Shown here piece after piece: positions 22,651 through 35,265 of a DNA stretch of 64,000 nt. Position numbers and translations under genes: made by a program. The stretch comes from Octopus vulgaris (taxonomy: Eukaryota), in the NCBI GenBank assembly GCA_951406725.2, contig OX597827.1:49352001-49416000 (forward strand), read 5' to 3'. The notes below the pieces were generated by a model. It did no database searches, had not been told where the DNA came from, and saw nothing but the letters and a program-made list of their open reading frames with translations. Positions within the stretch are counted from its first letter, which is position 1. Each line of letters opens with the position of its first letter.

Positions 22651-25618
22651 TCAGCCCAAGCAGTGCTATGAAAAAGAAAGTCTTACTTTCAGACAAAAGT
22701 ATAAAGGACTTCGTCACACTCACACAATCACATACACGTGGATCTTTAACGAAATATTCTCAGCAAGAAATAACATTGTGCATATGACAATAATGCCATG
22801 CTGTTATCGCGTAAATGGCTGAATATCCAATATATGTATGTATATATCATTGTATCGAACCCGTGATATGGAGTGAACCAGTAATTTAAAGGGTCAGCCT
22901 TGTCACACACACACATACACACACAGCATCCAGCATCATACTGATTCTGTTTCTGAATTCAATTTCCGTTTACTAATTCCATTCGCAAATTAAAGTTGAG
23001 TCAATCTTTAGGGCAGTGGTCACTTCTACAAGCTTCCACTTAGTGGAAAGGATCGAATCCTTGATTTCATGATTGCATAGGAAACTCCAAATATTCAGTC
23101 GTATTGATCAACACCCTTCCTCATTTGTCACCACACAGACGGGTACAGACACACGCACACAAAGATTCACACACACATACGGGCATGAATGTAATCACAG
23201 ACGAACGCTTATGAACGCATACATACTCATACACACGGTCGTATACAAACAGACAGACAAAAGCAGCTGTTTTTGTTTCGTTGTTATTTGCGAGTTTCTG
23301 ATAAAGAGACACTGACAAACAGATTAATATATATTTTCATGTTGCCAGTTGGAACACTGAAATCGAATCTCATAATCGTTTATTGTTGCAGAAGAGGGAA
23401 AAGTGAAAAAATGTGTGTGTGTGAGTAAAGAGAGGGCGGGAGATAGACAAACACAGCGGTACAGACAGACAAAAAAAATCATATAGAGATATAAACAACT
23501 AATAAATACATTATGGCTGGAAATTAATGTTATATAGTATATATTGGAATCAAATACAAACCTAAGAGAATATCTCATGACTTCAACGAATTTTTTCCCT
23601 ATCTGTCTATATTAAAGATGTGTGTATGGTGTATACATACACATACAAGCATCATATATATGAATGTATGTATAGTCATTAGACCGTGGAATCCATGTAA
23701 TTCTCTGTTTGTTTTATATATTCTCTATATTTGCCTCTCCCGTCGCCTATTTTGCTTCGTTTTTATTTGATTCCTTGGCTGTCATCTGCCACTTCGCTCA
23801 AATCTGCATTTCTTCCCATCGTCGTAAATTGATGATTTGGTACTACGTAAAGTGAGTTCCAACTTCAAATTTTTGCGTCTAACGACGAAGTTTTCTTCAT
23901 CATTTCCTATGCCAGACTGGTAATACCGTTGGAGCTCTAGGTCCCAAGCTTTGCTGTTTTTATTGTAGCTGAGTCTACTGTTACTGCTGAGATTGTGTAG
24001 CTCCTCATTGCAAAAAAATGCCTCCAAAATAGATCAGATATTCACAGGTGTAACGAATGAGTTTTGTGCCTCGCATCGATAGTCTCACTGCTCTTTGTTT
24101 TTGCAACTGTTCCAGCATGACCTTGTTTCCAACTTGTAAGATCATATTGACCCCTAACAACTACATGTCTCCGCATTCACCCCCTCCACATACTTGTATT
24201 GTGCTGGGTTCGCTTATTGTGGGTTTGAACCTATGGACAAGTGGACATCGCACTATCCCTGTTTGTCGCTTCCTTGGGTCTTGAATACAGGACGGATATT
24301 TCCATGATTTTGCCTTGTTAATGGTTAACGCATTAGCTTTATATATCGACCAAGATATCCTTCAGATATTCCTTTGAGGTTACGATGATAGCAGAACCAA
24401 CCTACTCTCCGTGAGTCAGAAATGTCTCACTTTTCATCTTAATCATTCTTAGATTAATTTGTTGGGCAAGAATATTCATTCATCTCGGATACACCACCAC
24501 AATGTCTTAATTTTGTTTTCTTGTTCACTCTTCTCTACGCCCACAAAATCTTTTGAACAAACATCGTTCACAATTCTGTTTCTGGAATCATACCCAAGTA
24601 AAATGTCTGTCTTGTTGCTGTTATTGCTTGCATTTTCTTCGCAAATGTGCAAATGTTTAAATCAATATTGTCACTCTTTTCCGTCAAAATGTTATAGTTT
24701 TTCTTCATTGCTGTACGTTCAGTAACGTTAGCTTTCATTTATTCCTCCATTTTTTTTTTAAATATGTATTAATATTTTTTCTTTCAAAAAGTTTTAACTG
24801 AAGGATTTATGCTCATGCTTTTGTTTATGTTAATGCCAGCACATTTGGTTTGAGTAGTTTTTCCCCAAAGGAAACCATCTTGAAATATGATTATGGAAAA
24901 CAAATTGAACAAAATGTGTTGAAAATGTATTCTATCTTCTCCCTGACAAAAAGAAAAACAGACTCTCTTCTTTGTCATAACGCCATGCGACGAAACAAAA
25001 TAATTCTCCAATTAGAAATATCCAGCATATTTCACTTCCAAACACGGGAATGATACGGAGCATAACTTTCCAAGACATGAAATAACAAAAATACAAATAA
25101 TAATCATCGTTTTTGATATTGGTACAAAGTGAGAATTTAGGGAAAGAGTTTAATCAGATGAAAGGCAAAGCTAAGCTCGACAGTTTTCGAACTCAGAATA
25201 TATGCATTGTCAAATGATTATACCAAATCACTTCCCTTCAATAATTCTTCACATAGGCTCAACATAAGAACTTTTGGATGGGCGAGAAGGTTAGTCATTT
25301 AAATCTTGCCCGATACCTTATTTTATCGGCCCTGGAAAAATAAAAAGCGAATTTGAATCTTGGCAGGATTAGAACTCAAAGAGTAAAGAACCGGAACAAA
25401 CGACGAGGCATTTTCTCCGACGTTTTAATGTTCTTACCAAACTATTGTAATTTCCTCATAAATTGATTTCCTGTTTTGTCTTAACGACTTCTTTCCAAGA
25501 TGTATTCTTACTAATGTAACAATGTTATGAATGAAACGATGAAATGGCGATTATAGAGAATGACCAATGTCTGTGTCTTCTGTACAACTCAATAAAGCTC
25601 AGCAGAAACAATGCAGTC

Positions 25619-25702
25619 ACTGACATATGGCACTGGATATTTTATTTCCCGTCAAGCCTAATGGTTTGACGGGAAATTAAGTATCCAATGCCATATGTCA
25701 GT
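25619..25702. repeat. Hairpin inverted repeat (~40-bp arms, 4-nt loop), possibly a MITE end
   Basis: actgacatatggcactggatattttatttcccgtcaagcc-taat-ggtttgacgggaaattaagtatccaatgccatatgtcagt. Confidence 0.8.
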
Positions 25703-26261
25703 AATGACTAATATCATTGGTTAGTTTAAGTAGAACTTGGTTAGGTTCGGTTGCATTAGGTTAGATTTATTGTGCTTAGTTAAGCTAGGCTTCGTGAGGT
25801 CTCTACAAAATATGGCTTACTGCTTTGTAATAAACGTGTAATCAATATTATTTCAGAGTTGTGCATTTCTATCAGGTTACTTGATCTGAGGTCGTGTGTT
25901 GAAATAAAATCAATTACATTGTAAAAGAGTCGTTTTAACCATTTAAAACACATAAAAATCGAATTCACTTTCCGTTTATTTCCTGAATTGTGCAAACTGT
26001 GAGGGGCATATCAGTGACTACTTTGCAGGAGAGCGACCAAAGTTTTGATTTCTCAAAAAATAAATGAAAACTGCATTTAACAGTCCTTGTGGTGTTTTAT
26101 ATGAGTAAAATTGTTCTATGATGTAATTAATAACTAAATTCATCTCCTGTAATAATCATTTTCAATCAACAAGTTTGTGAAAAACACTCAAAGCTGTGTA
26201 GTTAAGATGGTTTCACATTTCGAAAAGAAATTGGTATTACTAAACGGGAAAGTAAAATAGA

Positions 26262-27024
26262 ATAGTTCGGCAAATACATTAAAGCGTCGGTAAATGCTTT
26301 GCAATATTTGTTCTAGTCCTTTAGGTTTCGAGTTCAGATCCAGCCGAGGTCAACTTTGTCTCGTATTTTCACGGGGTTGAGAAAATAATGCATCAGTCAC
26401 ACAATGAAATAGCTCCTTCTCCGGACAATTTATAACTTAATGCTCATAGAAGTAGAAGTAGTAGTAGTAGTAATTGATGAGTAGTATGTGAGCAGACTGG
26501 AACGCTGGAGCGTCAGGAAAAAAATACCACACAACATTTCATTACATCCTGAATCCAAGTCCTGCTGTGATAAACTTTGCCTTTCAGCCCCCTCCCCAAA
26601 AATTTCAGGCCTTTTACCTATAGTATAAAGGATCATTATTATTATTAAAGTGGCGGCCTGGCTGAATCGTCAGCATGCTGGACAAAATGCTTAGGTGGCG
26701 TTCCTTCTGTCTTTACATTCCGAGTTCAAATTCCACCGAGATTGACTATTCTTTTCACCTTCCATTTTAATGCTAAATTATTAAAAAAAACATTAGTCGT
26801 AGGAATGTCTGTGTGGTAAGTAGCTTGCTTACCAACCACATGGTTTCCGGTTCAGTCTAACTGTGTGGCACCTTGGGCAAGTGTCTTCCACTATAGCCTC
26901 GGGCCGACCAAAGCCTTGTGAGTGGATTTGGTAGACGGAAACTGAAAAGAGGCCCGTCGTATATATGTATATGTGTGCTTGTGTGTCTGTGTTTGCCCCC
27001 CCCCCCCCCACATCGCTTGACAAC
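26262..27024. mobile_element. Cluster of SINE family B fragments followed by a SINE family A 5' half (26798-27024)
   Basis: Family B landmarks (gagttcaaattcc..cgag, ccctccccaaaaatttcaggcc, ATT tail) and a family A head. Confidence 0.7.
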
Positions 27025-28052
27025 TAATTTAAGTACCAGATTTCATGAAAACAAGCCAACTGAAATCGATCCGTTCCACTAAAGCCCTTGAAGCCTTTGC
27101 CCTAGCACAGCTACGATTCAACGACAGAAACGGGTGCGTGTCTATATATATATATATATATACACACACATAGGTATTTACATATACCCACGCATATATT
27201 CGTATTTAAGGAGAAAACTGCTTATTAAGTATTCGGAATTATATATACATATACTAAAAAGCAAGCATTGAAACCTACATTGCTAAGAATTCTTAAAGAT
27301 TGCAGTTTTAATATATTTTTATCAAAATATGATTTCCAAGTTTGTTTTCAGCTCTTTATTTTTTTAAATCTTACACTGCGTGTAAACATATAACTCCATT
27401 TACTCTTTTTCTACCTCTTCTTTAAATATTTCCGATAGTTAATTCCTTTGCTGCGACTCCCACTGTTCCTGTTATCCTCTCTCGTGTAATGAATCGCAAT
27501 ATAAAAATAAATATCATTTCTGTAGTTGTAGGTTTATATAGGAAAGTAATAGTAAAATTTATAAATATATATGTATAAGAAATAAGCTATACAATCACAT
27601 GTCATAACCAACAGTACGTTTTTCAATTTCCAGTACGTCCCCTAACATTTTTATGGTATCTTTATAAAAAACACTTTGAATATCAGACATTCTGCGTCTG
27701 CAATCTGCAATTTTTTAAATAAAAATTTTTTTTTAATGTGTTTCGTTTCTATTTGAAGTGTGTAAATATATACTTTGTTTGCTTTGGAAACAGTTTGTTT
27801 TAGTTTCAGATAATTTAAAAGATCTATTTCAGTTCGAATTTATGACAGATAAAGTGTAATTACGAATACATTCATACATTTCAAATGCGATTGAAATATA
27901 TATCATTCAAAGCAAAGCATAAACAAAATGTATTTATACACGTATGCTTTAAATGCAAACGAAATATATTTAAAAACAAGACAAAATGGATTCATGCACT
28001 ACTGTATCAAAAAATAGATTTAGAGACAACTTTCGATACAACATTTTCAACT

Positions 28053-28256
28053 TTAACCCTTTAAGATTTAAAGCGGCCATATCAGGCCCAAATATTTTAT
28101 CTGTTTTATGTTCAAAATGGCCATGTCTGGCCCGTCGCACCTAACCTGCAATGTTATTCTAAAAATAAACAATCACATCATCAAAATCTCAGAGCTAAAA
28201 GATGTGTGATAGCAAGCATTAAATTTGACAGAGTAATCTGAATTTTAAAGGATTAA
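28053..28256. mobile_element. piggyBac-type MITE
   Basis: TTAA target duplication at 28053-28056 and 28253-28256, with imperfect TIRs CCCTTTAAGATTTA / TGAATTTTAAAGGA. Confidence 0.7.
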
Positions 28257-28324
28257 CAACATGAGTGGACGCTCCAAGCTATTTCTCGGTAATTTACACA
28301 CGTGCAACTAACGCAGAGAGAAAG

Positions 28325-28355
<31 letters not shown>

Positions 28356-28580
28356 GAGAACATACTTTGCCACAAAGGTGAAGAATATTTGGGGAAGGAT
28401 TTGAGAGGTTAAACCTGAAATCATAATGGTTAAGATAAAATTGATTTCAACCAACCCGCCACTAATCTGAACGCGATTTCTGGTTACCGGGAGGTAAGTT
28501 GAATGAACAGTGGATAATCTGAAATTGTTACCCCGACATAATTGCAAAAGATATATACTTGAATCAAATTTGTTGGTATG

Positions 28581-28889
28581 GCTGTTTAATATGTTAGCCT
28601 AGCCGTTTAGTATGTTAGCCTAGCCGTTTAGTATGTTAGCTCAGCCGTTTAGTATGTTAGCCCAGCCGTTTAGTATGTTAGCCCAGCCGTTTAGTATGTT
28701 AGCCCAGCCGTTTAATACGTTAGCTCAGCCGTTTAGTACGTTAGCCAAGCCGTTTAGTACGTTAGCCAAGCCGTTTAGTACGTTAGCCAAGCTGTTTACT
28801 ACGTTAGCCAAGCTGTTTACTACGTTGGCCAAGCTGTTTAGTACGTTAGCCTAGCTATTTAGTACGTTAGTATAGCTGTTTAATATGTT
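28581..28889. repeat. 21-bp minisatellite, about 14-15 units
   Basis: Unit approximately GCCGTTTAGTATGTTAGCCCA. It produces the spurious (MLAQPFS)n ORF. Confidence 0.95.
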
Positions 28890-29110
28890 TGCTGGACATT
28901 GTTGTAGAGCTAAAAACGAGGCAATTTCTACTCTTCTCCTCTGGAAGCCATCTACTCGCGATACCAGAGGGCGCACATTCTCCTATCCTGATGTAATCTC
29001 CAGGGATACAGGCATCCAGCAACAGGACCTCCTTAATGCTATGATGAACCGTGAAGTCGGGCGTAGCATAGTAAATTCCATTGTCTCGACCACGGTCGAA
29101 CAATGATGAT
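28890..29110 (+). mobile_element. 5'-truncated RTE-clade LINE 3' end with target-site duplication
   Basis: FAGHCCRAKNEAISTLLLWKPS...SYPDVISRDTG...LLNAMMNREV is an RTE-type ORF C-terminus, followed by a (TGA)n tail. TTAATATGTT is duplicated at 28880-28889 and 29110-29119. Confidence 0.8.
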
Positions 29111-29898
29111 TAATATGTTAGTATGTTATAACAGAATTTGTTAGTATGGCCGTTTAGTATATTATAACAGAATTGAATTTTAATATTATACAGTAATGAT
29201 TATCCGTTCACAAGGATGTGAATTTTCAATAAAGCTAAAATAATTATACTGCTATATGCAGTGGAATAAACTTATTGGAAGTTCTATGTACTTAGAAAAT
29301 GGCTAATCTATTACATTTACTTTTGAATGTAGGATATTTGGATTTCACGAAGTGCAATTGTGGAATTCCTTAGAAACAAAATTTCCAGAGGATTTCTGTG
29401 AGATGTCTTCTTTAAAATCACAACAGAGCCATTCAGTTTCTTTACTGTAAATTAAATGCTGCGTAGGGCCCCCAGACAAAATACATGCAATAACCTTACC
29501 TCGGTTTCTTTACTAAATTAAATAGATGTTATGATAAACTAAAAATGTTCTCAATTATATGTGTATATGAGAATATCTGTATAAGGACTCCTAAATATAT
29601 TTGTGTGTGTGTACGTGCATGTATATACATGCGTACCTATATGTATGTGTATATATACATATATATATGTATCTGTATAAGGACTCCTAAATATATTTAT
29701 GTGTGTGTGTCAGTACGTGCATTTATATACATGCATGCCTATATATATGTATGTATGTGTATATAAATATGTTGCTACAGTCTAGGGAAACAACGCCGAG
29801 AAGGCCATGAAATGAAATTACATCAATTAATCATCACATCAGAGATTGTGCTCCAACATGTCCACATTCTCTAGCAGGAACACGGCTATGGGCAAAAC

Positions 29899-29931
<33 letters not shown>

Positions 29932-30025
29932 ACGGATCACGTGACCGACCAAACACATAAATGTGAAACAAGGTGGTCAAAAAGAGTACTCAAATACCAG
30001 TGGTAGAGCCAAATATGCTTTGCGA

Positions 30026-30151
30026 AAGCAGCAGAAAATTCACCAAAATCTGTTAGCCTCGAGCTTTAGGTGTCGTTGCGTTCATCAGACAGTCTGATGA
30101 ACGGCAACGAGAAACTCAGAGTAACAGATTTTGTTGAATTTTCTGCTGCTT
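30026..30151. repeat. Fold-back inverted repeat with back-to-back hammerhead cores
   Basis: Centre TCATCAGAC-A-GTCTGATGA. The plus arm 30092-30127 reads GT CTGATGA A CG-GCAA-CG A GAA ACTC-A-GAGT A ACAG. Confidence 0.8.
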
Positions 30152-30160
30152 AAAATAAAG

Positions 30161-30202
<42 letters not shown>

Positions 30203-30930
30203 ATATTTATACACACACACACACACATATGTATGCATACATGTAAAGACATGTGTATATGCCCTTCCATATATTTACATATGTATGCATACATGTATGC
30301 GTATATATATATATATATATATATATATTACGGGCACGCATAAACATTTGTGTGCGTTCCTGTAATATCTTTCCATGTATCATACACGAAACTGAGTACG
30401 ACGTAGAAATACTTCAAATTTGCTTTTTTATTCTTGGTACCTTTATCCCTGTGCGGTTGGAAGATAGTAACCTGTAGTTTTCACAGATCTTTTACTTAAT
30501 ATGGAAGTCTAATGTTATGAAATTATTAGTTAGCAATAAACATTGCAGAAAAAACCCAGTATTTTGAAATCAAGCTTCCAATATGTAAGCGTACATTTTA
30601 TAAGACTATGCTGCATGTGCCGGAATAGAAGTGCACAGAACAAAGAAATGTAGAAGCAGGAAGATTTTATAGTATTGTACAACAAACGAGAATGATACTG
30701 TGCGAATGAATACGGAAAGTAGGAAATGTTTACTGGAGTGTAAATATTCGAATATGCCTGAAAAAGGCAGTTAGGAAACAAAATCCTGATAAGGTTTTCT
30801 TTGTGTCAGAATAACATGGATTTTTAGATAAACAAACATGTATGTAAGAGAATATATTAAATGAAACAATCGAAAGAAAAACGGAAGAACACACACACTT
30901 TATATATATATGTATGTATGTATAATATGT

Positions 30931-31420
30931 CAGGTCACTTTCGAGTGCTACTGGTAACATGCGACCCAGTACCTGTTGCATGGTCGGGTCGTCGGCGACA
31001 AAACCGGCAACCCCACCAAGCTTGCTTGGTGAGGAGGGTGTTTATTGGACACTCTGCGGGATGAAAAACAAAACCCGTCAAAGGGCGGAGGAACTCTTGA
31101 GAGTCAACGGCCATCCAATAAATGTCTTAAGGCTGTATCATGCGCGGGGACATATAAATAATCGGACTGAATACCCGATCGCGTGGTTAAACCATTAGGA
31201 GTGAAGGACTCCTAGCCTTTGTTAGGGCATCCTTCAGGGGAAGGTAACTCGGGTAACTGGGATAACACCGACATAAAACCTACGGCTCAGTGGTTACCGA
31301 TGATGTTGACTTGTTCTTCTTTTCGGATTATGGCTACTGTTGCTTTGTGAGTGGGATTGACTCAGTGCACAGCCTTTCCTCACTTAAAAAAAAATCTTCT
31401 TGCACAGGTATTGCACGATA
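30931..31420 (+). mobile_element. Probable RTE-clade LINE 5' UTR fragment beginning with an HDV-like ribozyme remnant
   Basis: GC-richer segment with GGGCATCCTTCAGGGGAAGGTAACTC...AAACC, similar to RTE 5' UTRs. HDV-like helix order at 30931-31007. Confidence 0.55.
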
Positions 31421-31761
31421 ACAACATTGATTAAGCTTCGCGCAATGGCCATACTCGATAACGAGGGGGAAGCTACCATGTATGTATAAAGTCATAAGTG
31501 ACAGAGGAATAGTTTGATGAAATTTCATTTGACAATAACAAAATTCTAATATCACGACAAATTGTTTCGTAACTTAAACACATGTAAATAATTTATATCA
31601 TATCTAATAATAAATAAATTACCTGCATATCTGCATTAATGAAGGATATTTTGCATTAATGCAGACATGTAAGTACCTAATATTTTTTTGAAGAATTAAA
31701 TTCATAAAATGATAGGTCTAAATATAAATCTTGGTTTATAAATACTCAAAGGAAAATTAAG

Positions 31762-32184
31762 AAAATGGAGATACAGCATCAATATAATTTATTTTCAGCA
31801 AAAGTCCAACATATTCTCCCACAGCTGTTTTAATTAAGCCTAAAAGATTAAATAGCAACAGTGAAATCATTATATAAGGCAAAATCTCATCAGGGGGCAG
31901 AAGATATTCCGTTAGGTTATTAGGTGTTGTGTTTTCGAATCAAGATATACCGTTAGGTTATTAGGTGTGTTGTGTTTTCGAGTCATCTCACCAGTCTGCT
32001 GAGATGATTCGAAAACACAACACCTAATAACCTAACGGTATATCTTCTACACTCTGATGAGGTTTTGCCTAATATAATGATTTCCTTATTGGTATTTATT
32101 CTTTTAGGCTTAATTAAAACACCTGTGAGAGAATATGTTGGATTTTTTGCAGAAAATAAATTATATTAATGCTATCTCCATTTT
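31762..32184. repeat. Large fold-back inverted repeat (centre ~31995) with decayed long-stem-II hammerheads on both arms
   Basis: Arms are reverse complements. CTGATGA is at 32054-32060(+) with a mirror copy near 31887-31893(-). The left arm has a ~41-bp tandem duplication (31901-31984). Confidence 0.85.
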
Positions 32185-32419
32185 TTATATATATATATAT
32201 ATATAGACACACACACATATATAGTGCGAGGGGGATTTGACGACACTTAACGCGCAGCATATTACCTCTCTTCAAACCAATTAAAATGCTTTTATTTATT
32301 TCAAATTCCCCAATGGCGGATAAAATGTAACACAAAAAATGCAAGGACATGCAGTTATTTCTATATGCGCAGAACACAACGATTTAAAAATCGCCAAATT
32401 TATAAATGATACATTTTTT

Positions 32420-32825
32420 GTACACAATGCTGGAAGCCTCTGATACAATTATTTCAATTGTAAAGAAAAGAAAAGAACTATTGTCAACATTTAGACACTA
32501 TATGAATGCAACTATTCATTCAGCGAATTCAAAACATTATCAATGATGATCCTGGAAAATCAATGAAGGCCACGGACAGACAATTTCAGGAGTTGAAGTG
32601 GACTTTTGGAACGTTGGTGCACAAGGAAGTTTGATATTAGTCGTATTTACTGAGAAGACAATTCATATCTGCTAAGATACGGGAAAACCGTTTGATCCAT
32701 GCTAGGCAGTTATTAACAAAGGTTAAAAACTCTCACGGACATGGCATGCGTTAATTCTTTTTTCTGATGAAAAAAACTTCAATTAAAATCGAAAGTCTAA
32801 CAGGAGAAATGAGAAAGAGTTACGG
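32420..32825 (+). mobile_element. Tc1/mariner (maT-like) transposase fragment, degenerate
   Basis: Piecewise translation QRIQNIINDDPGKSMKA ... FFSDEKNFN*NRKSNRRN includes the first catalytic Asp motif (SDEK), with stops and frameshifts. Confidence 0.6.
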
Positions 32826-33806
32826 GTTCGAAAATGCCTCGAGCATACTTGAATTAGTAAGGAATTTATAAAATTTAAAATGGCCTAAATGATGGTCAAA
32901 TAGCTACGTACTCTACGAGCCCATGGTGGACTCGTTTCGATTCCACTTCGTGATAACTTTCAAATTTCTTTGTCTATATATTCAAGTCGATCAAATACTT
33001 ATAAGTAAAATAGGGTAGACAGAAACTGCATGGAATCCTGAAAGGTAGACAGAGTATAGGCAGTGTCCGGAATTTAATGGTAATATCTTAGAAATTCGGC
33101 TTTGGAATTTAAAAATTACGGCTTTGAAATACATTCTGTATGGGGATTTCGTTAAGGGTTCAGGTGTCTGAGGTATACTCAACCACTTACTGTGTAACTT
33201 AAGGAGTGGGTGTTTCCGGGGTTCGAACGTCAGAAATAGTCTGTCGAAATCGACAGATGATTCGTTTGTTTCTTTTATAGGTATAACTAAGTTATAGACA
33301 CACACATGTATACACGTAGACACAAACACATATACATACACACCCATATATATAAATATATATATGCGTGTATAAATATATGCGTGTGGTAGTATGTGTG
33401 TGTGCTGCATCTGTACACCATACGCATTCACAGACTGAACACTTTATTGAAACAAACTGCCAGAGGACAAACACGGTGTGATAGCAAGATGAAGATCTGT
33501 CATAATACAATGAGGAAGGAAAAAAAAGAGCGTACGCTAAAGCAAAGACTGGGGAAAAAAATTATCTGCAGCACTGTTGTTGACTTATTCAAAGCACTCT
33601 TAATTATCTTTTGTTAATGAAGTGTAGTAGCAGACTAACAAAGTAGTTATATATTGTGAAGTCACGATGCAAATACAGATTATTACTGTTTTGTCTAAGT
33701 GTGTGAGATGTCGGAAATGACACAGAATCAAATGAATATGAATGATGAGAAAGCAAACAGTATCTTAACAATATAATAGCGTACAATGTGTGACATGATA
33801 TCAATG

Positions 33807-34962
33807 CAGGTTGTCCCAAAAATATGTACACACTTTAACACAATTTGCGTTTTTCTTTTTCTTTAGATTTAACATATTAGAAATAATGAAGGAAGCCAGA
33901 CTAATCTTCGAACAAAGGAAATTTATCCGAAAGTGCTACTGGAAATATGGAAACACATTCGAAATACAAAGACAGTTTGGAGACGGGCGTCAATCAAACA
34001 GATCTAGCAAAGCGACTTACCATCAAGTTTGAAATCCTCAAGAAACGTTTGGTAAGACCTTGGACACCGACGAGCCCCACAAGACAAGAAATGGTACAAA
34101 AAATGAATTGCTAAAGTTTGAGAAAATCTGTACGGCAAACCAGTCATTAGAAGAGATACATTCCAAAAATAGTCCATGTTCTCAGTGAAGATGATGCGGG
34201 CTCAGAGTAGAGTTTCGCTTGTGCATTTAGTAAAATCTGTAGAAGATGCACACTTTCCGACAAAGATTGTTCTGATTGATGTGGGAACATTTTAAAGTAA
34301 ATGGTTCAATCTCTGCTATTGCACCTACTGGAAATATAGGAATTTTAAGGAAGAACATGGAACTTTTATGGAAGAACAATGTTAATTTATCAGGAGTTAC
34401 AGTAGAGTGATGCTTATCATCAAAAGGATTAATTGGACCGCTCTTTTTTGACAATACAGTAACTATTTACTTGAACTTGCAGCGAAAATCTCTCAAGTAT
34501 TCGAAATGACTTTGAAGATGAGGAGTTTTACCTTTAGCAACATAGGATGCACCAGGATTACTATAGTAATGTAAGGGTCTAAATTGATGAGATTTTGCCA
34601 AACAGATGGATTGAATGAGAAGGTTCATTAGAATAGCATCCATGTCCACCGAACGGTTCAAAACTAAACATTTTTTTTTTATGGAGATACTTGAAAGATG
34701 AATTTTAAGGTAGAAAATAGTCAACAATTGAGGGTAGCCATCGAACGAGAATGCGCACAAATGCTGAATGCAATGTTTCAGGAACATTTTCGATTTCAAT
34801 GCTTTGCGTTCTAAGCAGTTGCTAAACTAGACCAGTCATCAGTATGGAAACAGGTGTTCACAGAGAAATTAAATTCCGTCAGTATTGCCTATTAAAAGTT
34901 TGGAAATAAAATCCATTATGATAAGCATCCAATGTGCGTACACATTTTTTTAGGACATCCTG
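33807..34962 (+). mobile_element. Decayed Tc1/mariner-superfamily DNA transposon with both TIRs
   Basis: TIRs CAGGTTGTCCCAAAAATATGTACACAC / GCGTACACATTTTTTTAGGACATCCTG, followed by TA on the right (TG on the left). Transposase relics: MKEARLIFEQRKFIRKCYWKYGNTFEIQRQF, NLSGVTV...SSKGLIGPLFFDNTVT and a QQ/DAP-like motif. Confidence 0.85.
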
Positions 34963-35265
34963 TATATTACAATGCTATTTTTCCATAGGTACAAGGTACA
35001 CAAATGTTCAGCTATACTTGATTGGAGCTTGTTTTGTAGATGACAGAAGACTGAGAGTAACGTAGCGGTTCGGCAAAAGAGAACCGATATAAGTACCAGA
35101 CTTGAAAGTATTGGAGTCGAATCATTCCACTAAAAATTCTTCAAGGAAGTGCTCAAGCATGACCGCAGTTAAACGACAGAAACAAAAAAATCAAAATAAA
35201 GGAACTTCACTCATAAAACACTAAGATTTACTGGTTAAAAATATTTGAAGAGCATCCTTTCATTA

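Noticed and set aside
23760-24720. Coding-like minus-strand segment with short ORFs
   Set aside because: Could be an old transposon, but no family motif could be identified.
28581-28889. CRISPR-like regular repeat or heptad-repeat protein
   Set aside because: The units are contiguous with no unique spacers, there are no cas genes, the context is eukaryotic, and flanking units contain stops.
28890-31420. Single RTE element spanning both RTE fragments
   Set aside because: The 3' end lies upstream of the 5' UTR piece on the same strand and has its own TSD, so these are independent insertions.
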